DNA of 64,000 nucleotides from Eledone cirrhosa (lineage: Eukaryota), in contig OZ024742.1 of the NCBI GenBank assembly GCA_964016885.1, positions 333,312,001-333,376,000 of the forward strand, written 5' to 3'. The position numbers and the translations under genes were made by a program. Positions 27,285 to 42,482 of the stretch are shown in pieces (the stretch's first letter is position 1; every line of letters starts with the position of its first letter). Under the pieces are notes generated by a model. That model was not told the origin of the DNA. It saw nothing but the letters and a program-made list of their open reading frames with translations, and did no database searches.

Positions 27285-27600
27285 GTGTGTTTTCTAAATT
27301 TAAGACAGTAGGGAGGGTTGTGATATGAGGGAGAGTTAGCTGTTGTTTCTAGCAGGTTTAGTGACCTCATAGAGGATATGTGTTTTCTAAATTTAAGACA
27401 GAAGGGTGTGGTGTGATATGGGGGAGAGTCAGCTGCTGTTTCTAGCAGGCTTAGTGACCTCATAGAAGATATGTTTTCTAAATTTAAGACAGTAGGGAGG
27501 GGTGTAATATGGGGGAGAGTTAGCTGCTGTTTCTAGCAGGTTTAGTAACCTCATAGAGGATATGTGTTTTCTAAATTTAAGACAGTAGGGAGTGGTGTGA
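27285..27600. repeat. Tandem array of a 91-93-bp unit, ~3.3 copies
   Basis: TTTCTAAATTTAAGACAG recurs at 27291, 27384, 27475 and 27568. Confidence 0.92.
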
Positions 27601-29269
27601 ACGGACAGTATCACCATCAAGCTTGGAAAGAGAAAGTAGCAGAAAGTATGAAGTTGTATAGATTTTGAATGGTAGTTGAAAGATTTGCAGTTTAAATGAG
27701 AGAGAAAAATCGTAAAATATTGAGTTGTATCTATTTTTTGCGTAATTGTGAGTGAAATTGAAAAAATTATCTGCGTCAAGACGCAATCGAAACTATTTAG
27801 CTTACTGAGATGTAAATTTCAATTGAAGAAATTCTATATCTTAGATTTCTATAACGAAGGAGCATGACCACACACTGAGCTTTATAGATTATGATATATA
27901 TATATACATACATAGATACATACATATATATATGTATGACTTGATCCATGTTTCGTGTCCTGTTCATTTCTTTATGAAGTCATTACATGCTTGATATGCT
28001 TGCCTGCTTGCCTGTCTGTGTGCCCGCCCACCCTCCTGCCCTTCCAACACTCGGCAGTGAGCGCCCGACAAAACTCCAGATGCCAGCCGTCCATCTTCAG
28101 CTCTCATTGACACTGGAATGTAACATTAGTAATGTGATGAGATTGCATACAAAAAAACAACAACAAAAAACAACGTATTCTTCCCAGGACGTCGAGAAAT
28201 ACTCTCAGATGATTAAAAAACAAACATAAATTTAAAATATCCACGTTTCTGACTCCAGGTACACATAAAACACAGTGAACTGTTTGTAATGCAAGGTTTT
28301 CCTGACGTTACATGTACGCCCTCCCCACGTCAAATCTCATCCACCAGACGTATGATTAAACTCATTCCATCAGCAAATAACTCACCGTTTTATTTTTTTT
28401 TTATTTTTGTACTTCTCAAACATTGTTTCTATGACGTTATCATTGTGTCTACCATATTTTTAAAATGGTAATGTACTATTTAGAGAATGTTTCACTGCTT
28501 TTTCCAGCAGGATAAGCAACCATGTAGATTCTTCTTAAATTAATGTAGCTATAGTTTTTAAAATGCCGCGTGGAATATTGGTTAGAGTGTTTATGTTAGA
28601 CGCGTAAGATCGGGGTTTGGTACCGAACCCCGTGCTTCCCGACTTCAGGACACATTATTTCACTTTTTTCAAGTGCATTCAGCAGCAAAGGAACAAAATG
28701 AGTAGTAGTAGTTGGAGGAACCTTTTGCGAAGGAATGCTACCCCGTTCAGGGAAGACTCCTGCAATAATAAGGTAACTAGTTCTTTTCATTTTTCACCAC
28801 CATGTCCAATATTGGCTAATTCAGAATATGCAGTTTGAATGCACGTGACTGATGGTCGCTTTGGAAGTAAGGGAACATCCTGTTGCACGACCTGAAATCA
28901 TAGATATACATCTTGTCGATATTATTGAAACTGTATTTCAGAGGCATGAGCCTTCGTGAACATCTTCAATATTTGGAATGACATATCACAGGACACAATA
29001 TATTTTCCTGGAGAGAGATGTTAGGTCGGTGGTGATGGTTGTGATCAGCATTCGAAGGGTATGTCCTTAGACACATAGCAGTTGCCGGACGGTGGATTTC
29101 TTCAGGCGTTAAGAAACCTCCGAAGAACGTCCCTTCTTTAGATGCACATTGGAACTGTGTGGGACCAGCAGATAGAAAAAGAGGTTTCAAATGCTTCACA
29201 AACTTCACAACCTTTTTCAACTCTCTTATATGTACCGAATGAATTGTTTAATGTAGCAATTTATACATG

Positions 29270-29860
29270 GACGAACCGATTCAAGTCTCCAATAACGTAT
29301 CTAGGTAGGATATTCTTGTGGTTCGTAGATATATGTTTGAGTACTGGAATTCTCTTGGATTATAACTCCTGTATTTTGAGGAAGTTATAGATGTTTGTGC
29401 TTCCACTAAGTCTCTTTTGGTGGAAAATGTGTGGCATAAAACCCAGAGTATGTGCTAAGATTTTATATCATGCCGTTGCAATTACTCAGTCGGTATCAAT
29501 CAGCCGGATCAATAGATAATGTGCTTCCAGCATTTTCTGTCATACGCACTCGAAGGGTCAAAGTCATTTTTAAAATGTTACACTTATAATTTCTGTTATG
29601 GAATATTGGGTAGCAATAATAATACCCCTCTGTTTGTTGCTTATGATAAGAACTTGCCTTTCAATAATGGATAATTATTTTATCTACATAAGATTTGCTG
29701 GCCCAGTTTGAATATTTGTCATGTAGTGGTTTTGGGCTTATTTTCCCTAGTATCTAGCAATCTGGTTGTCCTGCCTTACTTTTTATTTGCGTAGACCTCT
29801 CAGTCGAAGAAACAATTGTTGCATTGTATACTTCCCCTATTAGTTTTATTTTACGAAGGG
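29270..29860 (-). pseudogene. Possible decayed LINE AP-endonuclease remnant
   Basis: Motif-like pieces in the expected order: IVSSTE, RGIII, GFYAT, VIGDLN; many disruptions. Confidence 0.25.
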
Positions 29861-30156
29861 ACTTTTGTCATTCTTTGTCATAGTCATGTTTTAATACCAG
29901 GTTTAACACCCAGTCTGGTCTCTGATGTACATAAAATACCCATGATGACTATCTTAATTGATAGTTGAATTTGTTATAATCTACAGCCACCTTCTTTTCT
30001 AGTGAGATCAAATCGATCAACATCAGCTTTGAGTCACATCTATAGTGCATTATTAGTAGTTTTCGGATGTGTGACATCAATTTTACGAATTTCTGATAGT
30101 GATCAGTAACTAAGGGTGCGGTATGTTTTGATTAGTATCATTCTTGTTATTATTGG

Positions 30157-30335
30157 GGTGGTGGATTAACAGTATCGGTAGAGCATCGGACACCATGCTT
30201 TGTAGCAGGTTAGGTTTGCATTTCATCTTTACGGCGTCGATTTGATAAAATAAATTACCAGTCATGCACTGGGGTCGGTTTACTCGACATTACCCTTCCC
30301 CACAATTGCTGGTCTTGAGTTTATAGTAGAACATA
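30157..30335 (+). mobile_element. SINE family A, diverged variant with a longer 3' part, followed by (TAG)n
   Basis: CAGTATCGGTAGAGCATCGGACACCATGCTTT...TACCAGTCATGCACTGGGGTCG...TTGCTGGTCTTG. Confidence 0.7.
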
Positions 30336-30345
30336 GTATTATTCT

Positions 30346-30402
<57 letters not shown>

Positions 30403-31457
30403 AAATGTGTGGTTGTTTACGTCGCCATATTGCCATGATTCGTGCTCCTCGTTAAGAGAAATTACGTTATATTTAGATGTGGAATGTGTATAAATAAAAG
30501 AAGTGGGACCTTGAAACTAAAGACTTTATTTAGTTGCACATGAAATATTGGATGCTGTAATGAATAGCATCTTAATGAACTAATGCAATCTCGGTAGAGA
30601 TACACATTCCCTTTGTTCAACGTGGACACCAAGTGCATTCTGCGTACTATTAGTTATGTTTTCCCTCACTAAATGTTGCTTACAACATCTTCTCATCATT
30701 GCTCTCACTTTATATATCATTATAATAAAACACAGGAATCAGTGACAAACAGTTTGTGTCAGATTTGAATGAGAAATTATAATGTTATATCTTTGTTATT
30801 AACAAAACAATGTTGATTTGTTGGTCTGGAACACCAAATATCAGCCTGGGACATATCAATGAATCGGAATAACAGAAGTAAGTATTATTTCTTCGATATG
30901 ATTTTCTGTCATTTTTGTTCAAATTCTCGCTGTCTGATGAGGTCATAACGCTTGCATAACAGATATAACTGAAATGTACATAACTGTGATTAAGAATAAA
31001 CGGGGTAAAATATAACCCGTTGATTTGCACTTTATGATTATAATTATACTCGGGTGTAAACAGACCCACTTGTCTACTTCGTCAAGTGCTCTACCATGCA
31101 TACACAAGTGTCGGTTTAAATTTTGTGGCTTACCGCTAATTATAATTGTTAATTCTGTAATGTTAATTATGACGTAATATGAGAAAAGCACTCGACTTTA
31201 TGCAACTCATCCATCTTCGATGTTCAATCATGTTGGTGATGCGTGAATGGAGTAAATGTATTATAAAGTGAGATGACAGGAGGCCAAATATGTTGAATTT
31301 CCTTTTATTCCTGCAAACACTATGCACATTTCAGTGTCTAGGCTGCTTAAGAAGCGGGTGATATCTTCAGTTGCGTAATAGATCCATATAAACGGAATGC
31401 TGGTAGACTTTCAGGAAACAAGCACAGAAAAAAGAGAGGAAAAATGTGTGTTTATGT

Positions 31458-31555
31458 TTTTGACTCAGCGAGGAGCAAGGCAGTAAGTTACCTCACTGCT
31501 CAGAGAGTAGAAAGCAGTGTGGTAACATGCTGGCGCCTACCTCTCTGAGTCAAAA
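31458..31555. other. 98-nt imperfect hairpin in sequence with no other copy seen in the window (pre-miRNA-like size)
   Basis: TTTTGACTCAG/CTGAGTCAAAA, CAGTA/TGCTG, GTTACC/GGTAAC, CACTGCT/AGCAGTG, 12-nt loop. Confidence 0.55.
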
Positions 31556-34500
31556 GAATGATAACCACTTTCCGATTTAGTTGGGTCTTCTTCAGAAAGT
31601 GTGTATATCATCTAAACCACCACAACTAACACGACTTTGATAGGTTTATATACCATTCGCTCAGAGTAGTATTCTGAAAGGACGTTGTAATTAACAATTT
31701 TTAATTTACAAGGAAATTCTTATTTCTGGCGTATTTCCATATTTATATATTACACGTATGTGAATGTTTCGGTTACCTACTCTGTATATATACAGATATA
31801 ACTTTATCATACCCTTTATCTGTTTGGTGCATTCATTAATACAAACCTGAAATAACTGCCAGCACCAGAGTTAATTAAATGCACAAGAGTATGGCTATTT
31901 CAGACTTTTATTATGAATGAATGGATATATAAGCTCGTCAAAAACGTGCTTCTTTTTATATCGAGATGTTTTATAATAGTATTGAACTTTTGACTTCACA
32001 GACGAAACACTGATTTATATTCATACAAACAAGCATCATCGCTAAAATATATTATGTTTTATAATAGGCACTTTTGACACTGGAAAATGTAGAATGGGTC
32101 TCAATATTGATACATCCTTGAAAATAGAGCTATAAAATGTTTTTCAGATCATTTCTGTTTTATCCTAAAGATTTTAATTTCCCGAAAGGAATGTTATTAT
32201 GTTTTATTTTATTTTGAAGTTCATGCCACAAGTTAAGTGATAAACATACTATCTGATAAACGTAAATTTATAATAATGTCTTACTCGATTCGACGATACA
32301 ACTAAAGTATATTTACTTAAACGTTGGTGTCACAATCATAATGGCCAACTTTCGATCAGAATGGTTTTAATTTTGTGGAACTTTCTTTGACAAATTGTAT
32401 GCATTAGAAGCGATATTGGCTGTATGGAAATTGTCTGAAAGTCCTTCGAGCCAACCCGGTTACATATTGCGTCACACTGACAGAGTATGTAATCACTTTA
32501 AAGAGTCACGTATTTATGAAATACTCAACCAACAGTAGTTACGCCATGATGTTCAGTTGATCGAAATTGCGAATCTCACCGTCGAAACTAATGGAACATT
32601 CATCGTCATTTTTCTTATAAAAATCATCTGACCGACAGAAATAGGACTATGCGGTTGTTTGAACTTCTAGAAACAGTAACTAAATTTCCCACAAAATACA
32701 CTATACTCTTAAACGCGTAAGACATATTATATAATGTGGCTCTGAATTACACTGGTTAAGGCATTTTCTGAACGCCCTTGATCATGTCTGCTCAATTAGA
32801 TCTAACCTGGAGATTGTTATAGTATTTCTAGCAAGACAACTATCTATATAGTAGCTTCGTAGTTTACTCAGATTTATATAGCATTACTAATCTATATCAT
32901 TAAAGCCATTCATCTGTAAACGTGTCGAAATCTATCTCTATTTTCCTTTTCTCTTTCGCGCTTTATGATTTCATTTGTGTCCCTATTTCCCTCATGCAAT
33001 ATATCTTCAATTGAATAAAACACTTGATATCATTTCATTAAACAACTATTTGTAACTAACAGTTAACACCAATAATTAATCAATGAAATGACAGTAAGCA
33101 ACAATCAGACATAACCACCAGAGTTGAATAAGATTATTTAGTATTTATTGACAATATATTGTAGAAGTTAAAAAGCATTGTATGCTACTGTGTCATGGGG
33201 AAATAGAATCTCTCACTCTTTAAACAGAACTATATTATCATTAAGTGTTACATCATCGTAGAGTTGCACAATATATTTTTCTTGTATTAGAATACATTCC
33301 TTTGTGGATTTAATAGGATTTTATGAGCCTTTATTGTAATCTAACACTTACACTGTGGAGGACTATCATTAAATATCAGTTTTCTTTAGAGATATCATTA
33401 TTTAAATCTCTTTTATATTGTATTTAAGTCAAAATTTTCTTATCGCAGTAACTATGATATATATATATTAACTTTCTACAGGAAATTAGAATGTCGGTTG
33501 ATCAAAAGGAAATGAAAAGGTGAACATTAAGATCTATTCGCTGTTTTATTTTACTTTGCAGATCTGAAAGAAGGGATAGATTCAAGGCTATCAGAATGTA
33601 CTCGAAACTGGAGAGATCGATATCGTTGATGTTCCAAATAACATGTTTCAGGTTCTCTCCATTTGAAATATATGAACAGCGAGCAAATTTAATAGAACTG
33701 GCATTAAACGGTGAAAGGCCAGAATGTAGTGATGGATTGAACACAACATGTGTAATAAAATAGAAAGAAAGATAAGTAAATGGGAAGAACCTGAGCAAAG
33801 ATATCCAGAGACAAACAAGCTCCAGAAAGCAAAAACAATTGAATTAACGGCAGAAAGGAAAGAATGAGACAGCATGTGTGGGCTTGACCTTCGTAATTAT
33901 TCAAATCTATTTTCGTCCCATGTTGTTTAATGCGAAAATATGCTGGAATATTGATGAATTGTGTATTGTTTAACTTCTGTAATTTGATGTTTCAATGAAA
34001 ACTATATGAATGTGGAACGTCTAAAGATTTAAACATACTTTGCAAAATCAGAAGACAGGCATAATCAGTGGCCATTTGCAAACCGCCATGACTGGTGAGA
34101 AGAACAGAAGTTATTCCCAGATTGGATATCTGGACCAGATGCTTTTAAAAGAAGTGGACCCCGTAAGATTCGTCTAAGGAGCAGGTACAGTTGTTTAACC
34201 AGATGATGGATTAAGTCTACATTTAAGAAACGAAAAACCTTATTCCACCTTATCTCAGACAGTGTCCGTCTATCAAATTGCATTAACAACGCTATGGTTG
34301 ATTCTAGGCTATGGACATAGACCTTTTATGATAGGGCTAAACAATCAAATTACTCGTAAGCAAAACCATGTCCGTTCAAAGCGAAATGTTTACTTCCACT
34401 TCCACACGGTTAAACCTTACTGTTGTTCCTCCATGTGGACTGTGAAATAAGTTAAACTATCTAAGGGTGAGAATATAGAATTCGATCTACAAGTATAGGT

Positions 34501-34621
34501 GGTGAATAAGGTGTTACGTGGCCATCTAGAGAAGGTCAAAGTACATTGGCATAACTCTAAAATAAAGAAGGAAACACTGTGTATCTGTGTGTTAATTGCT
34601 TTAATATGTCATATAATATAT

Positions 34622-34815
34622 ATAATTGTTTCTACTTTTGGCACAAGACCACCAATTACCCAGTACATTACTGGTACTTTATTTTATCGACCCCGTAAGG
34701 ATGAAAGGCAAAGTTAACCTCGGCGGGATTTGAACTAAGATCATAAAGGGACGTAACTCTATGCTTCAAAGCATGGTGTCCGACTCTCTACCGATACTGC
34801 CAATCCACCGCCCTT
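34622..34815 (-). mobile_element. SINE family A, full length
   Basis: Reverse complement of the consensus with A and B boxes. Confidence 0.9.
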
Positions 34816-35781
34816 ATAATATATATAATGACATTCAATGTGACTGGCTTTACTTGGATCTAATCTAATATGTTGTCTATGTCTTCTAGCGCAACATATG
34901 TTTCACCGACAAGAATAAAATGGAGATGGTTTGTATTGAGGAGGATCTTACCGGTTGTTCAAGAAATTCACATTAATGTGTATCAGCATTTCATTGATAG
35001 ATATACCCATATGAGGAATTAACGATCTGAGGATGTTCCAGAGAATTTCAGCTCCCCAAATTCATTCATAATCACAGTTACGGAAAATAAGACTTGATCA
35101 AGTTGGCGCGCAGGAGGATATAAATCAAGGCCTTATGATTTGAGACAGATTTCTAAACAATTCGGCGATGCCGAGTTGACACGGATGCGTGTTAAACGTT
35201 ATTAAACTTCACAGGGAGGTATATGACGAGAGGCACACCATATAACACGTTTTAGCTCCTCTAGGTGAAGTGGAAAGAAAAGCGGAAATCATTTTGAAAA
35301 CAGTGATTCGTTCAATTTGCTTTCGAAAGTGATTGCTCCTTTAAAGTTATTCAATGTCCAGATGGATTCTACAACTTCAACAACAATAACAGGTATTGGA
35401 AGTCAAGCTGTGTTGGAATTTGACCACCATGAGACGAAATAACGGCATATGCTTAACACTACCTTACGAAATAGAGATGTTAGTAGTGGCTGAAAATAAC
35501 TACTAGTGATAGAAACGATATGATTTAAAGTTTGCTGATATCTACATGCTAGCATATTATGTTAGATGCCGTTATTGAGTGTTATACATTTCTGACATGA
35601 CAATAGCGAATATTGTATCCAATTAGTTTCATGTATATATATATATTATACATATGTGTGAGTATATATGTATGTATCTATACATGATTATGTCGTTGCA
35701 CGAAAGACAAGCATAAATTGTAAGAAAACTATATAAATCTCACAAGTACTCATATTCAAACAACCCAAAACACTACAAACG

Positions 35782-35869
<88 letters not shown>

Positions 35870-36483
35870 TGTTATACTTGGGGAGGGTCATATTTGTGTA
35901 ATATTGCCAGAATTAATAATATATATATATTATAGATAAAGATTCATTCATTCATGCCACCACCTACAACAGGCACACACATACACCACACACTTATGCA
36001 TACAGGCATACATACAGCTATCCATCAATACCAACACACACACCCACACATATGCATACAGATGGACCACAGTAGATAGGAAAACGCACCCTACATCATA
36101 CTTAAACAAACTGATAAAAACATACACTCACACCCACACTTCCAACAATACATGCAACTACTTAATACGCACTAATAACCACATATCACTGCCAAACACA
36201 CATACAACATGCACACACAGACACAAGTCAAGTATGTACACAGCAATACGTGTGTCTGTGTGTGTTTGAGTGCATATTAATGTGCGTGGGCATGCGCGGA
36301 TGAATGTGTATATATATTCAAACGTATACAACACTTCCTTCAGAACACAATTAACACCAACACACGCACAAACCCATAGTATCACCTACACAACATTTTA
36401 TTTTAAAGAACATCTTATTTATTTTTTTATTTACTTTTTTCCTTTTGTATTCTGCTTTCTCTACGTTCCGAAATCTGTTTTCC

Positions 36484-36547
36484 CTGATGAAGGGCAAATG
36501 CCCGATAGGATTACTGTACAACTCGCTTAAAACCGAAACTAATAGTA
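36484..36547 (+). ncRNA. Degenerate or composite hammerhead-like motif
   Basis: CTGATGA-A GGGC aaat GCCC-GATA, then GAAA-CTA a TAG-TA further on; no stem I found. Confidence 0.35.
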
Positions 36548-36626
36548 CTTTGTAAATGCGTCGTCTTCTTTTTCGTTTCTTGTTTTCTCATTACACACAC
36601 ACCGACACCCACATACACACACACTC

Positions 36627-36714
<88 letters not shown>

Positions 36715-36784
36715 ATAGATATACACACTATATATATTACATACATATATATATATATACACACCCACACATATATATATATAC

Positions 36785-36991
<207 letters not shown>

Positions 36992-37718
36992 CATACACAT
37001 ATATATAATATATATATTTGTATATATATATAATACATATATATACAAAATATATATATATATAATATATATAATATAATATATACATGGGTATATATAT
37101 ATATATATTTATATACATATATATGACCACGACAATGTCTACAAGAGCCAATACCAAATTTCTCACACTCCACACTACGACATAAAGATAAAATGAACAA
37201 CAAAGGCGGACAGTATTACTAATACAACTATCACTAACATTATTACTATCGCAATGAAATTAACCGAAACAAATAAAAGAAAGATAACATAGAAAAAACA
37301 GCGTTAATAAGAAAAAAAAATGGAAGGACGATGAAGTCGATATAATGCTTTCAACGAAGTATTCAACTATATTTTGTATGGTAGGCTATTAAATGTGCGA
37401 TAGGATTATAGTGTTCAGTTGTAGTATGTCTGAAACAATGTCTCTAGTTGGGTTCACAAATAGTAATCCATCATCATTTGTGTGATGCATCAATTCACAG
37501 TCGTGACAGATTCGTTTGTATATAGTTATAATCACACACACACACACGCACACAAACACACACACACATATATATGGAGATAGAGAGAAACAGAATATAT
37601 GATAATATATATATATATAGGGCTAAATACGATCTTATGAAGACCAAAATCCTCATATTTCTCTGAATCTCTCCCTCTGACACACACTCTCTCATATATT
37701 CTGTTTCTCTCTATCTCC

Positions 37719-37806
<88 letters not shown>

Positions 37807-38056
37807 GTGTGTGTGTATTTTATGTGTTTGAGAGTATATTGCAATGAATGAGAACGAGGACGAGAGCATATTTTACTTACATCCGTGCACACACATTCAC
37901 GCACGCATATATAGAGAGATACACACTGATATCTATGTACATATGTGTGTATTTAGTTGTACATCTATCTGTTTTTGTGTGTGGCTGAAAGCGTTTTTAA
38001 ATAGCATCACACAATACGCACACTTAGTATATACATATATATATATATACATATAT

Positions 38057-38149
<93 letters not shown>

Positions 38150-38405
38150 TATAGGTGTAGGTATAAACACGTTATACTCTGAATACTTGGCACATGAGAT
38201 ACAATTCCACAAGACAAATTACCTAGATGACTTTACAGTGCAATAAAAATACAGTAAGTCTGGACAGATAATTAGAGGATAGAATATGGCGTTTCAATTA
38301 TTCGGCAAAATCCGTCATACCTAACTTTATGTATACACCTATTATTACATGGTCAGCTTCTCATCAACATATACATGAAAAGAAAACTACACTAACACGC
38401 ATTTT

Positions 38406-38504
<99 letters not shown>

Positions 38505-39094
38505 AACCGTTTTAAGAAAAAATGATGTACCATATATTTCCAAACATCCACAAATAATGTGTTTTAGATACCGCATTAAATAGTTAAGCTGTTTTCAACT
38601 CAATACTGTTATTCAATTTATTCTGATATGTTGAGCTATTTTGTTCACACACTATAATAAGTAGCGAAGTAACAAATTCATTTGTTAACATCATTTGTTA
38701 TATTCATTCACGCTCCCTCCGTACTGATTTTATATCTCTCAAGACAATTTGCTCTTCATTCATTTGGGGTTGTTACATAATAACAGTCCAATATTTATGT
38801 CAATTGTCTTTTCTGCTCTGTCACTTTGCTTTCCTTAATCGTTACCTAAGGGTTTGTCTGGTTTACTCTCATCATTTTCGTTTTTTATTTTCTTTAGACT
38901 ACCTGTTATGTTCTGTATCAATCATTTGTGACCCTGATATTCTATTTTAGTCCTCATGAAAAGAGCTAAAGATTGACACGACGAACTGTCTTTCCTCTTT
39001 TCTCTATAAAGCCTGAAATTAATAAAAATTCTGTACCTCCTTTTTGCCGTCTCCTTCAACTGTATTATATATATATACATTTATATATAAATAA

Positions 39095-39134
<40 letters not shown>

Positions 39135-40848
39135 TCACACACACGCGCGCGCGCGCGCACACACACACACAAATACATATATATATATATATATATACAC
39201 CCACACATATCCACACGCACACACCCGCACATATATAAATATATAAATATATATATATATATAAGCTATCGACTCCTGCTCAAATCCTCAGATGATTGTT
39301 CACCGGCATAATTAAACCAAGCTGCTAACATTTTTCCCCACTCCAAAGAAATATTTAATGAATGTTATCGCTTTATTGGCAAAAGAAAAATAACGTTAAA
39401 TTATGGGAATCTTGCGCCTACTGCTGGATGACCTAATAAGATGCACCAGGATGCGGTTCAAAGCCAAAACGTCGTGCAACGTGACTCCCATGCAAGTTCT
39501 CAGATAAGATCAGGCCAAAAATAGCAGAGATATATTACTTATTGATAAAAGTTAGGGAATTATCAATTTAAACGATGACAGAGACAGGACGTCCTCCTAT
39601 AGACAAACCATTGCTATTAGGCAATGCCAAGCTCCGGTGTGTGCAGTTAGCACTGCACACAAGGCTGAACTTGTGTCGTAAGAAGCACCAGCAACAGCTA
39701 GAAATCGAAGCTAAATCTTTCTCACTTTACACTTTGTCGAATTAGAAAATTAAACACTGGGCTGTGTGGAATATATTTGAGAAGATTGACAACACAGAAA
39801 AACATGAACATAATCTCTACCTGAACTTCAATCACCACGAGCACCATCATTACTCCCACAATCATTACTACCACCAACATTATTACATCCCATCATCATA
39901 CATCCTCCGACACTAACATCAATGCCATCACCACTACCGATACGACCATGATGACGCCAATCACCACCACTTTCACAATATATGCACGTAGAGCTATAAT
40001 CTCTACCTATAGATACGTTAGGAAACTAAAGCCATCCTATACAGAATTGTGTGTGTAACCTAAGGTCGTTTAGTGCACTTTGCTGCTGTATTTTAAACAA
40101 TAGTTATGTCAACAATATGGGAACCAACAATGGCAATCAGAGAAACAGAAAACATCTATGTATACAACATCCAGTAAAACAATAAAAACACTACCAGCTA
40201 AAACATGAACAATTACTAGCAACAACAACAACATCAAAATCACGACGGCCTCAATAAACATCAAAAACACGGAATCTGGCGAATGTGGCATCGAACATTT
40301 TATGGAAGCAACAAAGAATCTCCTGCTTGGTTGTTCGACTACCACACTCCAGCACAAAAAGAAAAACGATGCATACATTGTATAATGTAGTACAAGGTAG
40401 ATAAAGCCTATTAGTTTATGCGTCTTCTCAATCAGAACCGTGTTAGGGTTAAACGACAACAAACACAACATTAGCCATCAAAACGAAAACAAACAAAAAA
40501 CGTGTATCAAAAACTGTATCAATATCATCTGTTACAGCCATAGCAGTAGAAAAGAAAATATCGACGACAATAATAACGATAAAAAGAATCAAAAACACAA
40601 CAACTATGGCGACTACAACAAAATTAGGAACAAAACCAGTTATCACAACAACATGATCATCTATAAAAACAAACATACTGAATAGCAATAAGCAAATCAA
40701 TAATAACTAGAATATAAATGCCAAGCACAACAACAATTGCTCTAATCACAATAAGACGACAGTTAATCTTTACCAGGATATTGGTTACATCCAATTGTAT
40801 GCCATTTAAACAAACTTTGAAATATTTCCTTTTTCATTATCATTATAA

Positions 40849-41100
40849 TGCACTGGGTAATTGCTGGCCTTGTGCCTAAAGTAGAAACAATTATTTCTTC
40901 TTCTTCAACGGGCGGTGGATTGGCAGTATCCGTAGAGGGTCGGACGCCATGCTTTCCAGCATAGTTACGTCCCTTTACGATCTGAGTTCAAATCCTGCCG
41001 CGGTTGACTTTGCCTTTCATCCTTACGGGGTCGATAAAATAAAGTACCAGTAATGAACTGGATAATTGCTGGCCTTGTGCCTAAAGTAGAAACAATTATT
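40849..41100 (+). mobile_element. SINE family A: 3' fragment plus a full copy in tandem
   Basis: Both end in GTAGAAACAATTATTTCTTCTTCTTCAACG. Confidence 0.9.
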
Positions 41101-41404
41101 TCTTCTTCTTCAACGTTCTATTCTCGGCCATCTTACTTTATTTTCGATTCATTTCAGTTTTTTTTTTCTACTTCTTCATTTCACTGTAATTTTTGTTGTG
41201 CGTTCTCAATGCCATTGGTCTTTTCTCTGGTGATTTTCATTCTGCATGTCCTCAATTTTTTTATATTTCCATATTCTATGTCGTTATTCATCTACTACTA
41301 TAACTACAGCTATTCTCTATCGCTACAGCCTCCGCAACCACATTTATTAAATCATGTCGGAAACGAACGCTACTATCATATTTACATACTATATTGCTGC
41401 GCAG

Positions 41405-41945
41405 TATCGCATTGCTCTAGATTGGGCAGATTTCAACAAGAACAGGGGATTACTAACATCAAACCGACTTTCATATCATTTGAAGGCTAAGATCTTCGAT
41501 ACTTACATCCTACCAGTTGTGTTATATGGTCTTGACTGTGTAATTGGAAGCCATGGTCACTTCAGAAGCTCTCTACATTCCAGAACCACATCATGAGACT
41601 TATGACTAGTAAGTGGCTCAGAGACCGTATCTGTCTCAATGAGCTGTTCAACATTACAAAACTTAGACCAATTACATCAATTGTCAAGTCAAGAGTACTC
41701 AAACTATACGGTCACATAAAAAGATCAACTCGTGGTGTGAGTAGGTTATTCCTGAAAGGAAGGTTGGCTGGTAGGCGAAGTAGAGGCCGGCAGCCAAAAC
41801 GATGGCTTGTTAATGTCAACTTATGAACTGGACTTGATCTTTGCTCTTTAAACTCTGCTACTGGTGATCGAACATTGTGGAGAAAAAATATCTCATGTTG
41901 ATACGCAGTCTGCAACTGGCGGAGTTTAGCGTCAAAGAGAGACGT
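41405..41945 (+). pseudogene. RTE-type LINE 3' fragment
   Basis: RIALDWADF...KAKIFDTYILPVVLYGLDC...LKLYGHIKR...GRRSRGRQPKRW. Confidence 0.8.
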
Positions 41946-42321
41946 TGTCTTCTATTCCACATATCTTTCATATATTCTGTAATTAGTCCTAAACCACCTG
42001 ATATTATGAATTCGTTTCTATTTTGCACATTCTGGCTATGTCTATTTCGAGACCTTTATATTTGTTTAGTTTCACCATTGCATTTGAAATAAGGAAGATG
42101 ATAGCATTTTTACTCAGTTAACATGGTAGTGGGCATTAATATTGACTATTGCTTCATTGAGTCGACTCTTGTTTATACCAGTTCAGAGATTTGATGACTC
42201 CAGCTATCAGTAACTGAAATGTTCCTGTATCTTGGGCGATGGATACTTTGCCCAGTTAGAAATTCCAGGCTGGTATCCGACTTGTGCTGAGAAGGGTGGA
42301 CGAATGGGGTGCAAGACGAGC

Positions 42322-42482
42322 GGGGGATTGGCAATATCGGTAGAGAGTCGGACGCCATGCTTTCCAGCATAGTTACGTCCCTTTACAGTCTGAGTTTAAA
42401 TCCCTTACGGGATCGATAAAATAAAGTACCAGCAATGTACTGGGTAATTGCTGGCCTTGTGCCAAAAGTAGACACAATTATA
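42322..42482 (+). mobile_element. SINE family A with an internal deletion
   Basis: Matches the consensus; the segment after the B-box is missing. Confidence 0.85.

Noticed and set aside
27285-27600. CRISPR-like array
   Set aside because: The whole unit repeats with no unique spacers; eukaryotic context and no cas genes
31260-31410. Minus-strand acceptor-like site with a 48-codon open frame
   Set aside because: No recognisable protein similarity or partner exons
33482-33765. Candidate host exon(s) after TTTTACTTTGCAG (33560)
   Set aside because: Reading frames are short with no recognisable homology, and the implied 41-nt intron is implausible; needs RNA-seq
39830-40750. ORFs rich in Asn/Thr or Val/Ile
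   Set aside because: Decayed (CAT)/(CAA)/(CAC) trinucleotide low-complexity sequence
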